Below, one piece after another: positions 27,724-36,377 of a stretch of DNA of 64,000 nt. The translations under genes were made by a program, and so were the position numbers. Within the stretch, counting starts at the first letter, position 1. Every line of letters begins with the position of its first letter. The notes under the pieces were generated by a model. That model made no database searches. It had not been told where the DNA came from and saw only the letters and a program-made list of their open reading frames with translations. The stretch comes from a virus: the IMG/VR virus record IMGVR_UViG_3300034025_000120, positions 1 through 64,000 of that record. One strand, written 5' to 3'.

Positions 27724-27758
27724 AAAAAAGCTGGGTGGTTTTCCCACCCAGCTTTTTT
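27724..27758. terminator. bidirectional-type terminator
   Basis: AAAAAAGCTGGGTGG-TTTT-CCCACCCAGCTTTTTT. Confidence 0.75.
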
Positions 27759-27792
27759 GCCTAGTGGTGTGTGCTACACAAAAAATTCATAG

Positions 27793-27803
27793 TCACATAT
27801 CAC
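27793..27803 (+). promoter_or_regulatory. recurrent CACATATCACC motif (candidate phage promoter)
   Basis: AGTCACATATCACCGTGGTG lies about 40 nt upstream of the TTG start at 27844. It sits within the listed antisense ORF 27774-28007, which is not called here. Confidence 0.4.
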
Positions 27804-27843
27804 CGTGGTGTGCTGGTAAACATAGTGTTTTAGGGAGAGACAT

Positions 27844-29397
27844 TTGAAGATCATCGTCAAACAACAAAGCATCGAAGAAGACCGCGTGCTTATCTCTGTC
27901 GTCCATAATAACGAAGAGTTAGACTGGGTGGTAGACTTCTTGGAAACCGCCAACAAATCCAAGAAGACGGTTTTCGCTGCCAAGGTTGATCCGTACGATC
28001 TGATCAACCGTTACTGGGAAACGCTTTCGCCGAGCCGGCAAGACCGTATCTTTGACGTGTACCGTCAGATTAACGACATCTTCGGTTCGGTCTTTGTGTA
28101 TGAAGACATGACACGGGCGTTGATTCCGTTGGTGGCGCAGTTGATCGATCTGCACGGGATCGACGAAGTAAAGAACTGGGCAGACTTCCGCAGCAATGCG
28201 TACATCCCGCCGAACGACCCAAAACTCTTGGTGTCGTACGATGTGGCCAATACAAGTAAGAAGCCGCGTGAAGGTACGTACCTGCTCGAAGACTACAAGT
28301 GGCTGATCGCCATTTCGATCTTGGTGCGTTGCGTGATCCCAATCTGGGGCACGTACATCCACCGGGTTCAGCGCTTGGTCGGTACGAACTTCAAGGAGTA
28401 CAAAGCCTACCAGTTGCTGAACCAATCGGACCTCTTCGAACACCCCGCCATGGCGAAGTTGCGCGACTACGTCCGCTTCAACACCAAGCCAGACCAAGTC
28501 AAGATGTCCGCGATGCAGCGCGGCCTATCCACGGAAGAGTATCCCGAATGGATGCTGGGCGTTGTTGCAGTACGAAAACTCGGCTGTCTGGACTTCCTTA
28601 ACCGGGAAGCCACGACGTCGTGTATCACGGTGTTGTTTAATTACATCGCGCACAAGCTGAAGAATAGCGACAATAGCTTTGGCGGTGCGATCACCGAAAA
28701 GAAGTTCGAAGGCACCCAAGGTGAGGGCGAGAACAATCTGTCCACACTCGAAGGTTACCGTACACCACAAGCAATCGCTCAGGGTAACATCACCGCGTTT
28801 CAGGTGTACGCAGAAAAGACCGGTGTCATGGCCCAGCAGCTTTGTCCAGGCATCGATCTGAAAATGGTCCAACGCTGCGTTAATTCGGTACGCCAATTGC
28901 ACGGCGGTGTGCCAACCGACGAACAGTTGATGATCATGCAAGTGACGGTGAAGAAAGTCTTGTCACCGCAGTCGCTCAAGCTACTGAACCACGAAACCAT
29001 TATGGGAGTGATGGGTGTCGTGCAAGCAGTACTGTGGCACCGGGGGTTTCCAGAGTTGGCGGCGGCCGCCACAGCCAAGCGCGATGAACTGGGAACGGCG
29101 AGTGGACCTGACCACCGTGCACGTATCTTGGATGTTCAATTAGAAGAATTGCGCGCTCTGTATCCATTCCAGCGCCGCTTGACGTCTAAGCCGAAACAAG
29201 AACAAAAGAATGTTGCACAACAAGAAATTGAAAATATCGAAAAGGAGCTGAGCAAAAAGAACTGGACATTGACCATGCCTAAGGAATGGGTAATGGAAAT
29301 GAACCGGAGTGAAGTCAACCGTAGGTTTTCAGTGCCAAGCAATTTCCGGATTCGCTTGGCGGATTTAGTCATTACCGTAGCAAAGGGGGAATTTTAA
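27844..29397 (+). CDS. hypothetical 517-aa protein
   Basis: TTG start after GGGAGAG. Long uninterrupted ORF. Confidence 0.6.
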   Translation: MKIIVKQQSIEEDRVLISVVHNNEELDWVVDFLETANKSKKTVFAAKVDPYDLINRYWETLSPSRQDRIFDVYRQINDIFGSVFVYEDMTRALIPLVAQLIDLHGIDEVKNWADFRSNAYIPPNDPKLLVSYDVANTSKKPREGTYLLEDYKWLIAISILVRCVIPIWGTYIHRVQRLVGTNFKEYKAYQLLNQSDLFEHPAMAKLRDYVRFNTKPDQVKMSAMQRGLSTEEYPEWMLGVVAVRKLGCLDFLNREATTSCITVLFNYIAHKLKNSDNSFGGAITEKKFEGTQGEGENNLSTLEGYRTPQAIAQGNITAFQVYAEKTGVMAQQLCPGIDLKMVQRCVNSVRQLHGGVPTDEQLMIMQVTVKKVLSPQSLKLLNHETIMGVMGVVQAVLWHRGFPELAAAATAKRDELGTASGPDHRARILDVQLEELRALYPFQRRLTSKPKQEQKNVAQQEIENIEKELSKKNWTLTMPKEWVMEMNRSEVNRRFSVPSNFRIRLADLVITVAKGEF

Positions 29398-29398
29398 C

Positions 29399-30916
29399 AT
29401 GTTGCAAATGAAACCAATTGAAGAACAGATCGGGGTATCGAAGTTTCTGGTACAAGAGTCGTCCTCGTACAAGCCGCAATACCGGCGCTCGTACGAAGCG
29501 CGCATTACCGGCAACATCCATGACCTGATCGCCGCCCGGTTCCGTAACATCAAAGGACCGGTTGCGACCGGCGCCTTGGCCTCAGGTGTGGCCGATTCGT
29601 TCTTGGTGCCCAGCATGCAAGGGACACCAGTGGCGATGCCGGCCATGCAGGGGCAAGGCATCAATACCCAAGGTAACTGGGACATGCCGGTTTACCGTGC
29701 CCTGCTGCATGTGAGTGCACGCGCCGAAACCGGCCATTACGTGGACTTCGTGCTGACTGCGTTTAGCGACCCAGTCGATCGTTCCATGATGGGTAGCCTC
29801 AACCCGCGCATGCCGTTTTATATTTCGACAGTCAGCGTACTGCGAAAGTTCAACGATCGCAGTACTGGTGTCTCGGTGCCAGTGACAGCGCTTGGCAGTG
29901 CGTCGCAACTGATCGCCGACAACAAGTTCGCCGGCTTTAACAAGGGCCACGACTTCCGCATCCGCCCGATGGATGTATTTAGCTATATCGGTCACCAGGC
30001 ACTCGATCTCGGAACGCCACAGTCAGAAATCTATGATGAACGCACGGTCGTGACCGAAACGCCCATCCATTCCGAGGTACGCAATCAGTTGCCGGGTGTG
30101 TTCGTCTCGAAAGTGCTCGGCGCCTATGCAGCAGCCCATGAAAGCTCGGGCGAGATCGGTGGCACGGGTTACGACAAGATCAGCGAAGCCCAGGGCGTGA
30201 TCCAAGAGCAAGAAGCGGCTACCAACATGTTCCTGCGCGCCCTGCGCAATATCCGGGGCAACGGGTTCAATGAATCTGTCCGGAATTACTTCACGCTCGA
30301 AGAACTGCAAAAGCTGTCGCCGAACGAGCACACGCTGCGTCCGCGCATCGTTCCGTTGTCGAGAGACGTGATCGAAGCACGCGCCCAAGGACCGGGTGAA
30401 AACTGGGGCGCCGCCCAGCCATTGCAACAAATGGCATCGTTCATCAAGGATGCAGTGCCGGCCCTGATGATGGAAAACATGCTGATGCGTGCGCATATCA
30501 AGGTTAGCAATATGGTGTATGCCACCGGCCAACCAGTGGCCCAAGTGCTCGATTGGGCCACATTCTCGGATGTCGATGTGACCCAGCAGATTCTGGCACT
30601 GGAACAACGCATTGTGCGGGAAGTGTTCATGCCTCTGTCCGAGCAGAACCAGCGCACGCTCGATTTGGATTTGTATATGTTTGTCGATAGCGACAGCCGT
30701 ATCAATATCTCGGTCGATGGCCATCCCGCTGTCCCCTTCGTCTCGCCGACCTTTGCCGGTTCGCTGCTGTCGCCTGTCGTTACTTCGAACGCCCAAGCCG
30801 CTTTCACCATGGCCGAAGAGTTCAAGACCTTGGGCGACATGATTGCCGATGCAGGCACGCAATTGCCTACCCTCAAGGGTGCGGTCTACCAAACTGGCGG
30901 TAAGAAAGCCTTCTAA
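29399..30916 (+). CDS. hypothetical 505-aa protein
   Basis: The ATG lies 1 nt after the upstream stop, with AAGGGGGAA RBS. Confidence 0.65.
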   Translation: MLQMKPIEEQIGVSKFLVQESSSYKPQYRRSYEARITGNIHDLIAARFRNIKGPVATGALASGVADSFLVPSMQGTPVAMPAMQGQGINTQGNWDMPVYRALLHVSARAETGHYVDFVLTAFSDPVDRSMMGSLNPRMPFYISTVSVLRKFNDRSTGVSVPVTALGSASQLIADNKFAGFNKGHDFRIRPMDVFSYIGHQALDLGTPQSEIYDERTVVTETPIHSEVRNQLPGVFVSKVLGAYAAAHESSGEIGGTGYDKISEAQGVIQEQEAATNMFLRALRNIRGNGFNESVRNYFTLEELQKLSPNEHTLRPRIVPLSRDVIEARAQGPGENWGAAQPLQQMASFIKDAVPALMMENMLMRAHIKVSNMVYATGQPVAQVLDWATFSDVDVTQQILALEQRIVREVFMPLSEQNQRTLDLDLYMFVDSDSRINISVDGHPAVPFVSPTFAGSLLSPVVTSNAQAAFTMAEEFKTLGDMIADAGTQLPTLKGAVYQTGGKKAF

Positions 30917-30956
30917 ATAAAACGACCCTAGTAAAACAGGGTCAGAAAGGAATAAC

Positions 30957-32348
30957 ATGAAATTGAATGATTTCTACGTGCAATTGATGCACGCGCTGGG
31001 GTTGGTGGTCGATACCGATGGTTTCGTTTCCCGCAAAGAAGGGGACAAAATCGTGCCGTTGACCATCAAGGACCAACGCCTCGTGCTGCCATTCGATGCG
31101 CAAATGCAAAACCCGGACTTCTCGGCGCGCATCGCGTTCAACCCGCTGTACGAATCGTTGACGCGCAAAGAGTCGCCCGTGCACGAAGCGTTCCGCACGA
31201 TCCTGAACATCCGGCTGAACACCATCTTCGGTATCTTGCTGGGCACCTTGCTCAAAGTATCGCGTGATACCGACAAGCACGCGCACCTGAAGCCTGAACA
31301 GACGGAATTTCTGTCCTTCGTCAAGAAGGTCGACAAGGATTCGCTGAAGAACTACGAGAAGATGATCAAAGCCTTTGTCGATGAAGACTCGATCAAGGGC
31401 TATGCCGATCTGCTCGATGCGTTCCCTGGCGACCGGGCGCTGGTCAACATCTACAGCAAAAACGGCGGCGTGGTCAATGCCTTGCAAGAAGATGGCAGCT
31501 TCAAGGCCGAGAAGTTTTCGCGCGCTGCAATCGTCAGCTTCCCGGCGTACGAAGCGCTGGCCGCAGCAAAAGACGGCGTGGTGGCAGCGCCTGGCAAATC
31601 CCTGAAGATGCGGCCGAAGGACATCGACGCGTTCAAGAAAGTCATGGAATACCTGATCCCGAACATCGCCAAGAAAGACTACTACCACGTCGGTAGTTTG
31701 TCCCAAATGGCACCGATCATGGAATCCGTGCTGAAGGCCGCCGCCAAGTTGTTCGGTTACTTCAACGAGCAACTCGAACTCTTCGCTGACCAGATCGCCG
31801 GCGCCGAAGACCTGATCGTGCCGATGGACTGGGTTGACGAGATCGACCGGAACATCGGCGCGCTCTATACCCAGGCACGCCGGGTCGGTATGCTCGAAGG
31901 CAATGAAGGCCAGGTCGTGAATGCACCGGCAGCGGCACAACCGGCAGCCACTGCCCCAGCCCAAGCGGCACCAGCACCAGCACCCAAAAAGCAAACCCTG
32001 ATCAATCCGATCACGGGCGAGCCAGTCGTGGTGTCCGGTGCACCAGTTGCAGCGTCGCCTTTCCCGGTACCAGCGGCCGCCCAGCCTTGGGCACCGCCAC
32101 CCGCATTTAACGGCAACGCGCAGCCATGGAATGGTGGTTACCAGCCGACACCACCTGCACCACCGTCGATCGTGAAAGCCAACGGTAAGGCGGACTTCAT
32201 GGCGATCTTGGCCAACAATCCAGCGCTGGCCCAACAAGTCGGTGTCTCGACGCAGTCGTTCCAGGGGCAGTATCAATCGCCACAAACCCGTACGCCGGGC
32301 TGGGCACAGGGTGCGGGTTACAGCGCCCCTGTGAACAAACCTTTCTAA
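30957..32348 (+). CDS. hypothetical 463-aa protein with Ala/Pro-rich C-terminal third
   Basis: GAAAGGAA RBS and GC3-rich codon use. Low-complexity segment APAAAQPAATAPAQAAPAPAPKK. Confidence 0.65.
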   Translation: MKLNDFYVQLMHALGLVVDTDGFVSRKEGDKIVPLTIKDQRLVLPFDAQMQNPDFSARIAFNPLYESLTRKESPVHEAFRTILNIRLNTIFGILLGTLLKVSRDTDKHAHLKPEQTEFLSFVKKVDKDSLKNYEKMIKAFVDEDSIKGYADLLDAFPGDRALVNIYSKNGGVVNALQEDGSFKAEKFSRAAIVSFPAYEALAAAKDGVVAAPGKSLKMRPKDIDAFKKVMEYLIPNIAKKDYYHVGSLSQMAPIMESVLKAAAKLFGYFNEQLELFADQIAGAEDLIVPMDWVDEIDRNIGALYTQARRVGMLEGNEGQVVNAPAAAQPAATAPAQAAPAPAPKKQTLINPITGEPVVVSGAPVAASPFPVPAAAQPWAPPPAFNGNAQPWNGGYQPTPPAPPSIVKANGKADFMAILANNPALAQQVGVSTQSFQGQYQSPQTRTPGWAQGAGYSAPVNKPF

Positions 32349-32350
32349 TG

Positions 32351-32395
32351 CGGCATAAAAAGGTCGAATCCCTAAGGGGTCCGACCTTTTTTCTT
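32351..32395. terminator. bidirectional terminator with CGGCATAAA 5' flank
   Basis: CGGCATAAAA, then AGGTCG...CGACCT stem, then TTTTTC. It lies between convergent genes. Confidence 0.65.
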
Positions 32396-32415
32396 TGTAC
32401 GGTAATGCAATGGGT

Positions 32416-32754
32416 TTATGTCACGCCATTGGAACTGGTGACAGCTTGGCGGATATTGTCCACCACCTTGTAATCGGGGACGACAAGGTACGCAAGGTCT
32501 TCGGGCACGATCTGGGCCGATTCAAGTTCATTCATCCGGCGCACGCAGTAGTGATACTGGCGCGGGATATTGATAGCGGTAAACAAACCGTAGAGATCGC
32601 CTTGGAAACGTTCGATGTCCTTGGGAGAGAGATTGACGACTTCGTTGTTTGGATGATTTCGCAAGAAGGTCATGTGGTCGTCAATGGCATTGCGTACCGC
32701 CAAGGTGTAATAGGAAAGCGCCCCGGAGTCTGGCATGAGGTCATTAATGTCCAT
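32416..32754 (-). CDS. hypothetical protein
   Basis: 112-aa ORF. It is an isolated minus-strand gene, with GGACAACC upstream of the ATG. Confidence 0.55.
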   Translation of the reverse strand: MDINDLMPDSGALSYYTLAVRNAIDDHMTFLRNHPNNEVVNLSPKDIERFQGDLYGLFTAINIPRQYHYCVRRMNELESAQIVPEDLAYLVVPDYKVVDNIRQAVTSSNGVT

Positions 32755-32778
32755 GGTTGTCCTGTAGAAATTTAAAGT

Positions 32779-32789
32779 GACATATTACC
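32779..32789 (+). promoter_or_regulatory. recurrent GACATATTACC motif (candidate phage promoter)
   Basis: About 80 nt upstream of the RNAP beta gene start. Confidence 0.45.
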
Positions 32790-32867
32790 TAAGTGTAGTA
32801 GAACCACGAATTGGTATCATACAAAGAGTTTGTTGTTATAACACGAACGAAAAGGAAGACAACGAAA

Positions 32868-34091
32868 ATGCCATATGGACAAAATCCATCAGCACTGTAT
32901 CTAATCAAGCACGAACCCAACGAACTGCGGCGTGAGTTCTTGGGCGTATGCGCGCTTAATCCTTGGTTCGCCCACGATTCTTCGCCACGCCAGCAAATGT
33001 TTGCCAGCCACTTAGGGCAAGCACTGGTGTTCAAAGGAATCGGTCGCCGGTATTTCCAAACCGGCATGGAAAGGGAATACGGTAAATACACCTTCTCGGT
33101 CAAGATGCCCACCACAGGGGATGTCATCAAGATCGTTGAACGGTATCGTCGTGGCGTGAGTGCCAGTTCCATCAACCCACCCAAGTCACCCCAAACGATC
33201 CTCATCTACGAGGATTACCAAACCAAGGAAATCGGCTGCATCGATTTGCCGACGCATACTTCGAATCACCCGTATTTTGGTTTTGAATACCAAAGCACCG
33301 ACGCACTGCAAGACTTGATGTGCGGGAAGAAATCGTTTACCGAAGGCCAGATTTTCCTGGATTCTCCTGCAAAGGATAAGAATGGTAACTATGGCTTTGG
33401 CATGGAAACCCCGATCGCTTTCCTCTCGCTACCCGAAACATCGGAAGATAGCGTCTTGGTGTCTGAAGACCTGTTGCCGTTGCTGAAGTTCAAGGTCACC
33501 GAGCGGCGCACCGTGGAATGCGGCCGCGATGCGTTCCCGAAAGGGATGTTCAATTACATCGATGCCAGCGGCAAAGAAGTTTTCAAACCGTTTCCCGAAA
33601 TTGGCGAGTACATCCGCGAAGACGGGCTGGTCATGGCCACGACCCGGTACAACGAGAAGTCGGCGTTGTTTGAAATGGGGATCAACGATGTCAAGACCTT
33701 GAACATTCCGTTCGACCTGCCCTGCTACGCCACCGCGGGCAAAGGCAAGATCGTCGACATCAAAATCTGGCATGACCCGTACAACACGTCCGGGTTAATT
33801 CCTTTTGGCATGGAAGACATGTTCAAGAAGTACGATGGCGGCATGCGCGCCTTCTACTTGGAAATCTATCAGGAGTGGAAACGCTTGCACCGCCAACGCG
33901 GCGCAGCCTTGAAACTCAGCCCTGCCTTTAGTGCTTTGGTCGAAGAAGCCATCGCCATGGTGGGTGAGCACAAAGAACGGATTCACATGCATCGCCGGCG
34001 CAAACCGCTGGATGACTACACGATTGAATTTACGATCGAGTACGACGTGGTCCCGACCGAAGGCTTCAAGCTAACTGATTGCCATGGTGGT
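32868..34091 (+). CDS. multisubunit RNAP beta subunit C-terminal half, exon 1
   Basis: SSPRQQMFASHLGQA (compare bacterial NMQRQAVP). ETSEDSVLVSE (compare FEDSILVSE). The exon ends ...KLTDCHGG inside the HGxKG motif. The ATG at 32868 follows AAGGAAG. Confidence 0.8.
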
Positions 34092-35395
34092 CGACATTAA
34101 GTGAAGATTCATCCATCTCTTTGAAAGGAGGTGGACATGGTAGAAGAGGAATTTAGAGTTGTACCTGGTTATAAAGAATTCAGTGTAAGCAATGATGGAA
34201 TTGTTAAGTTATCGGAAGATAACTCGATAGTTACTTTGTACAGCACTGGAGGTTATTGGACATTTAGCTTACCCAGTAACTATTCAGGATCGACGTTGTC
34301 AGTGCATAGAGCTGTAGCATTGGCATGGGTAGCAAATCCTAATCCAAGTGAATTTAACATCGTCAATCATCTTGACGCTAACCCTGCCAATAATTGGTGG
34401 GGAAACTTGGAATGGACAACCTATTCAGGTAATAATTACCATGCTATAAACAATGGTTTAAGACCGGACAATATTCCCTGTAAAGTGCGAGACTTTATTA
34501 CAGGAGAAGTCTACGAATATAGTTCGATGGCACAAGCTGCCGAAGCCATGGGGTTGAGGAAAGATACATCCATTTATCAGTTATACCCGAAGATGTTTGG
34601 GAAACTGATCGTGAATCGTTATGAATTTAGATTTGCTAATGACTTCACGCCGTGGTTCTATGAAAGTAGAAAGTATCAGATTCGACCTGCACGCTATATG
34701 GTGATTGTTACCGATGTCGAAGAAAATACCAGGGAAATTTTCTCAAATGCGACATTGCTCAAGGAATATCAGCTGTACGATAGTCCAGGTAAGTCGATAC
34801 CAGCGTTAGCGGAACACGGGAACCAGATATATCCCCATTTGAAATTCAGTGTACGAGACAGTTATGCGGAGGAACGTTTCCGCGTGATGCGTCAAACGAA
34901 AGAAAGTCGATCAATGCCAATCAAAGCTAAAAGCGGAGAACGGACCATCGACTTTGGTTCACTGACTCAATGCGCTAACTACTTTAAAGTTGATCGATCC
35001 AGTATTACAAATCGTTTAAATAACGATAAGAATTTGGATGGATGGACCTTCACTCAGTCAGCCTCTTTAGCTAGTAATGGCTAAAGAAACTTCCTTTAAT
35101 TGACCGGAAATAACCTGAGAGCCTTGTACACCAAGCCAATACCAAAAGTATTGGTGGCCAGCGTAACGAACTGGGTATGGTAACAGAGACAAGGATTGGA
35201 GAACCGGCAGCGAAGCTCCCAACGGGAGAACGTTCAACGACTAAGACCTTACCAGTCTGTAGGATCAAGCGATCCGAAATGGGGAACACCCGAACCAGCG
35301 ATGGAGGGTGAAGACATAGTCTCGACATCCGGCTAACAGCCGGAGCTGCGCGTAATGGCGCGGGTTAGGTGTAGCGAACCTAGTTGAAGGTATCG
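34092..35395 (+). mobile_element. group I intron carrying an HNH homing endonuclease ORF (exact junctions inferred)
   Basis: The 3' part (35073-35395) shares blocks with the intron at 21408-22807: CCTGAGAG, GACAAGGATTGG, GTTCAACGACT and GTGAAGA(T/C)ATAGTCTC. The junction 34091(U)|35396, preceded by G at 35395, restores HGG-KGIICKI. I could not identify a P1 guide sequence. Confidence 0.7.
34137..35084 (+). CDS. HNH homing endonuclease, intron-encoded
   Basis: AGGAGG RBS. Motifs are FRVVPGYKEFSVSNDGIV (NUMOD4-like) and VHRAVALAW...VNHLDANPANNWWGNLEWTTYSGNNYHA. It is markedly AT-rich. Confidence 0.85.
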   Translation: MVEEEFRVVPGYKEFSVSNDGIVKLSEDNSIVTLYSTGGYWTFSLPSNYSGSTLSVHRAVALAWVANPNPSEFNIVNHLDANPANNWWGNLEWTTYSGNNYHAINNGLRPDNIPCKVRDFITGEVYEYSSMAQAAEAMGLRKDTSIYQLYPKMFGKLIVNRYEFRFANDFTPWFYESRKYQIRPARYMVIVTDVEENTREIFSNATLLKEYQLYDSPGKSIPALAEHGNQIYPHLKFSVRDSYAEERFRVMRQTKESRSMPIKAKSGERTIDFGSLTQCANYFKVDRSSITNRLNNDKNLDGWTFTQSASLASNG

Positions 35396-36331
35396 AAAGG
35401 CATTATCTGCAAGATCAGGCCAGCGCACGAAATGCCGGTGGACGAAGCAGGAAACCGGGCCATGATTGCGATGGACCCGAACTCGACTGTGTCGCGCATG
35501 AATATCGGACGGCTCTACGAGCAGTTCATGAATGCATCGCGCCGCGATACCCGCAAAGCACTGTCGGCCATGCTGGGCATCGAGCACCATGATCCAAAGG
35601 CGGTGGTCAAGGTCCATGAACTCCAGCAACGCGATCCTGCCACCTTTAACAAGGCGTGGGATTACCTGCTCGGGTTCTATAAGATCGTCTCGCCACAGCA
35701 GTACAACTGGCATGTCACCGGCGAATACCGCGATCCACCTGCGACCCATCTGGGCAAAGTGATTGCGGATGATCTGTTTGTGTTCTTGCCGACGGAGAAT
35801 GACCCAGAGTCGGAGCAAATCGTTCATGACCTGTGGAAGTATTATCCACCTACCTACGGCCCCGTGCAGTATGTGGGTAATTCCGGGAAGCTGCGTACTA
35901 CCCGCGAAAAGGTCATGATTGCTGAGATGTATGTCATGTTGCTGGAGAAGATCGGTGACGATTGGACGGCAGTGGCGTCTGGCAAGACCCAGCACTTTGC
36001 GGTGTTGTCGCAAATGACGAATGCGACCAAGTATTTGCAGCCGACACGCAATTCGCCGGTCCGGACTGACGGGGAAGCAGAGAAGCGCATCTTTGTCTCG
36101 TATTGCGGTTGGCAATTGGCATCGGAACGCCATGACCGGAATAACAACCCGGCCACGCACAAAGAAGTGACCTACTCGATTCTGACGGCCGATCGACCAA
36201 CAGACATCAAGTGCGCCGTGAACCGCAAGAAGAATCCGCTGGGCCAAGACCGTCCACTGGTCATGGTCAAGCACATGCTGCAAACCGGCGGTACCAAGGT
36301 CACCTATGAAGACGTGGGCTTTGTTCACTAA
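35396..36331 (+). CDS. RNAP beta subunit C-terminal half, exon 2
   Basis: KGIICKIRPAHEMPVDEAGNRAMIAMDPNSTVSRMNIGRLYEQ aligns by eye with bacterial KGVISKI..DMP.DE.G...DI.LNP.GVPSRMNIGQ. Confidence 0.8.
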   Translation, partial: KGIICKIRPAHEMPVDEAGNRAMIAMDPNSTVSRMNIGRLYEQFMNASRRDTRKALSAMLGIEHHDPKAVVKVHELQQRDPATFNKAWDYLLGFYKIVSPQQYNWHVTGEYRDPPATHLGKVIADDLFVFLPTENDPESEQIVHDLWKYYPPTYGPVQYVGNSGKLRTTREKVMIAEMYVMLLEKIGDDWTAVASGKTQHFAVLSQMTNATKYLQPTRNSPVRTDGEAEKRIFVSYCGWQLASERHDRNNNPATHKEVTYSILTADRPTDIKCAVNRKKNPLGQDRPLVMVKHMLQTGGTKVTYEDVGFVH

Positions 36332-36377
36332 TGCGCTCCCTATTTAAAAGAGGGTAGGGAAATAAAAAGGAGGAAAG

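Noticed and set aside
27472-27747. Several overlapping ORFs encoding poly-Pro/Leu, poly-Ala/Thr/Val or His/Cys/Arg-rich peptides, and apparent tandem DNA repeats.
   Set aside because: All are alternative-frame readings of the (GGN)n/(AAY)n tract that encodes the SSB linker. This is not a CRISPR array or an independent repeat element.
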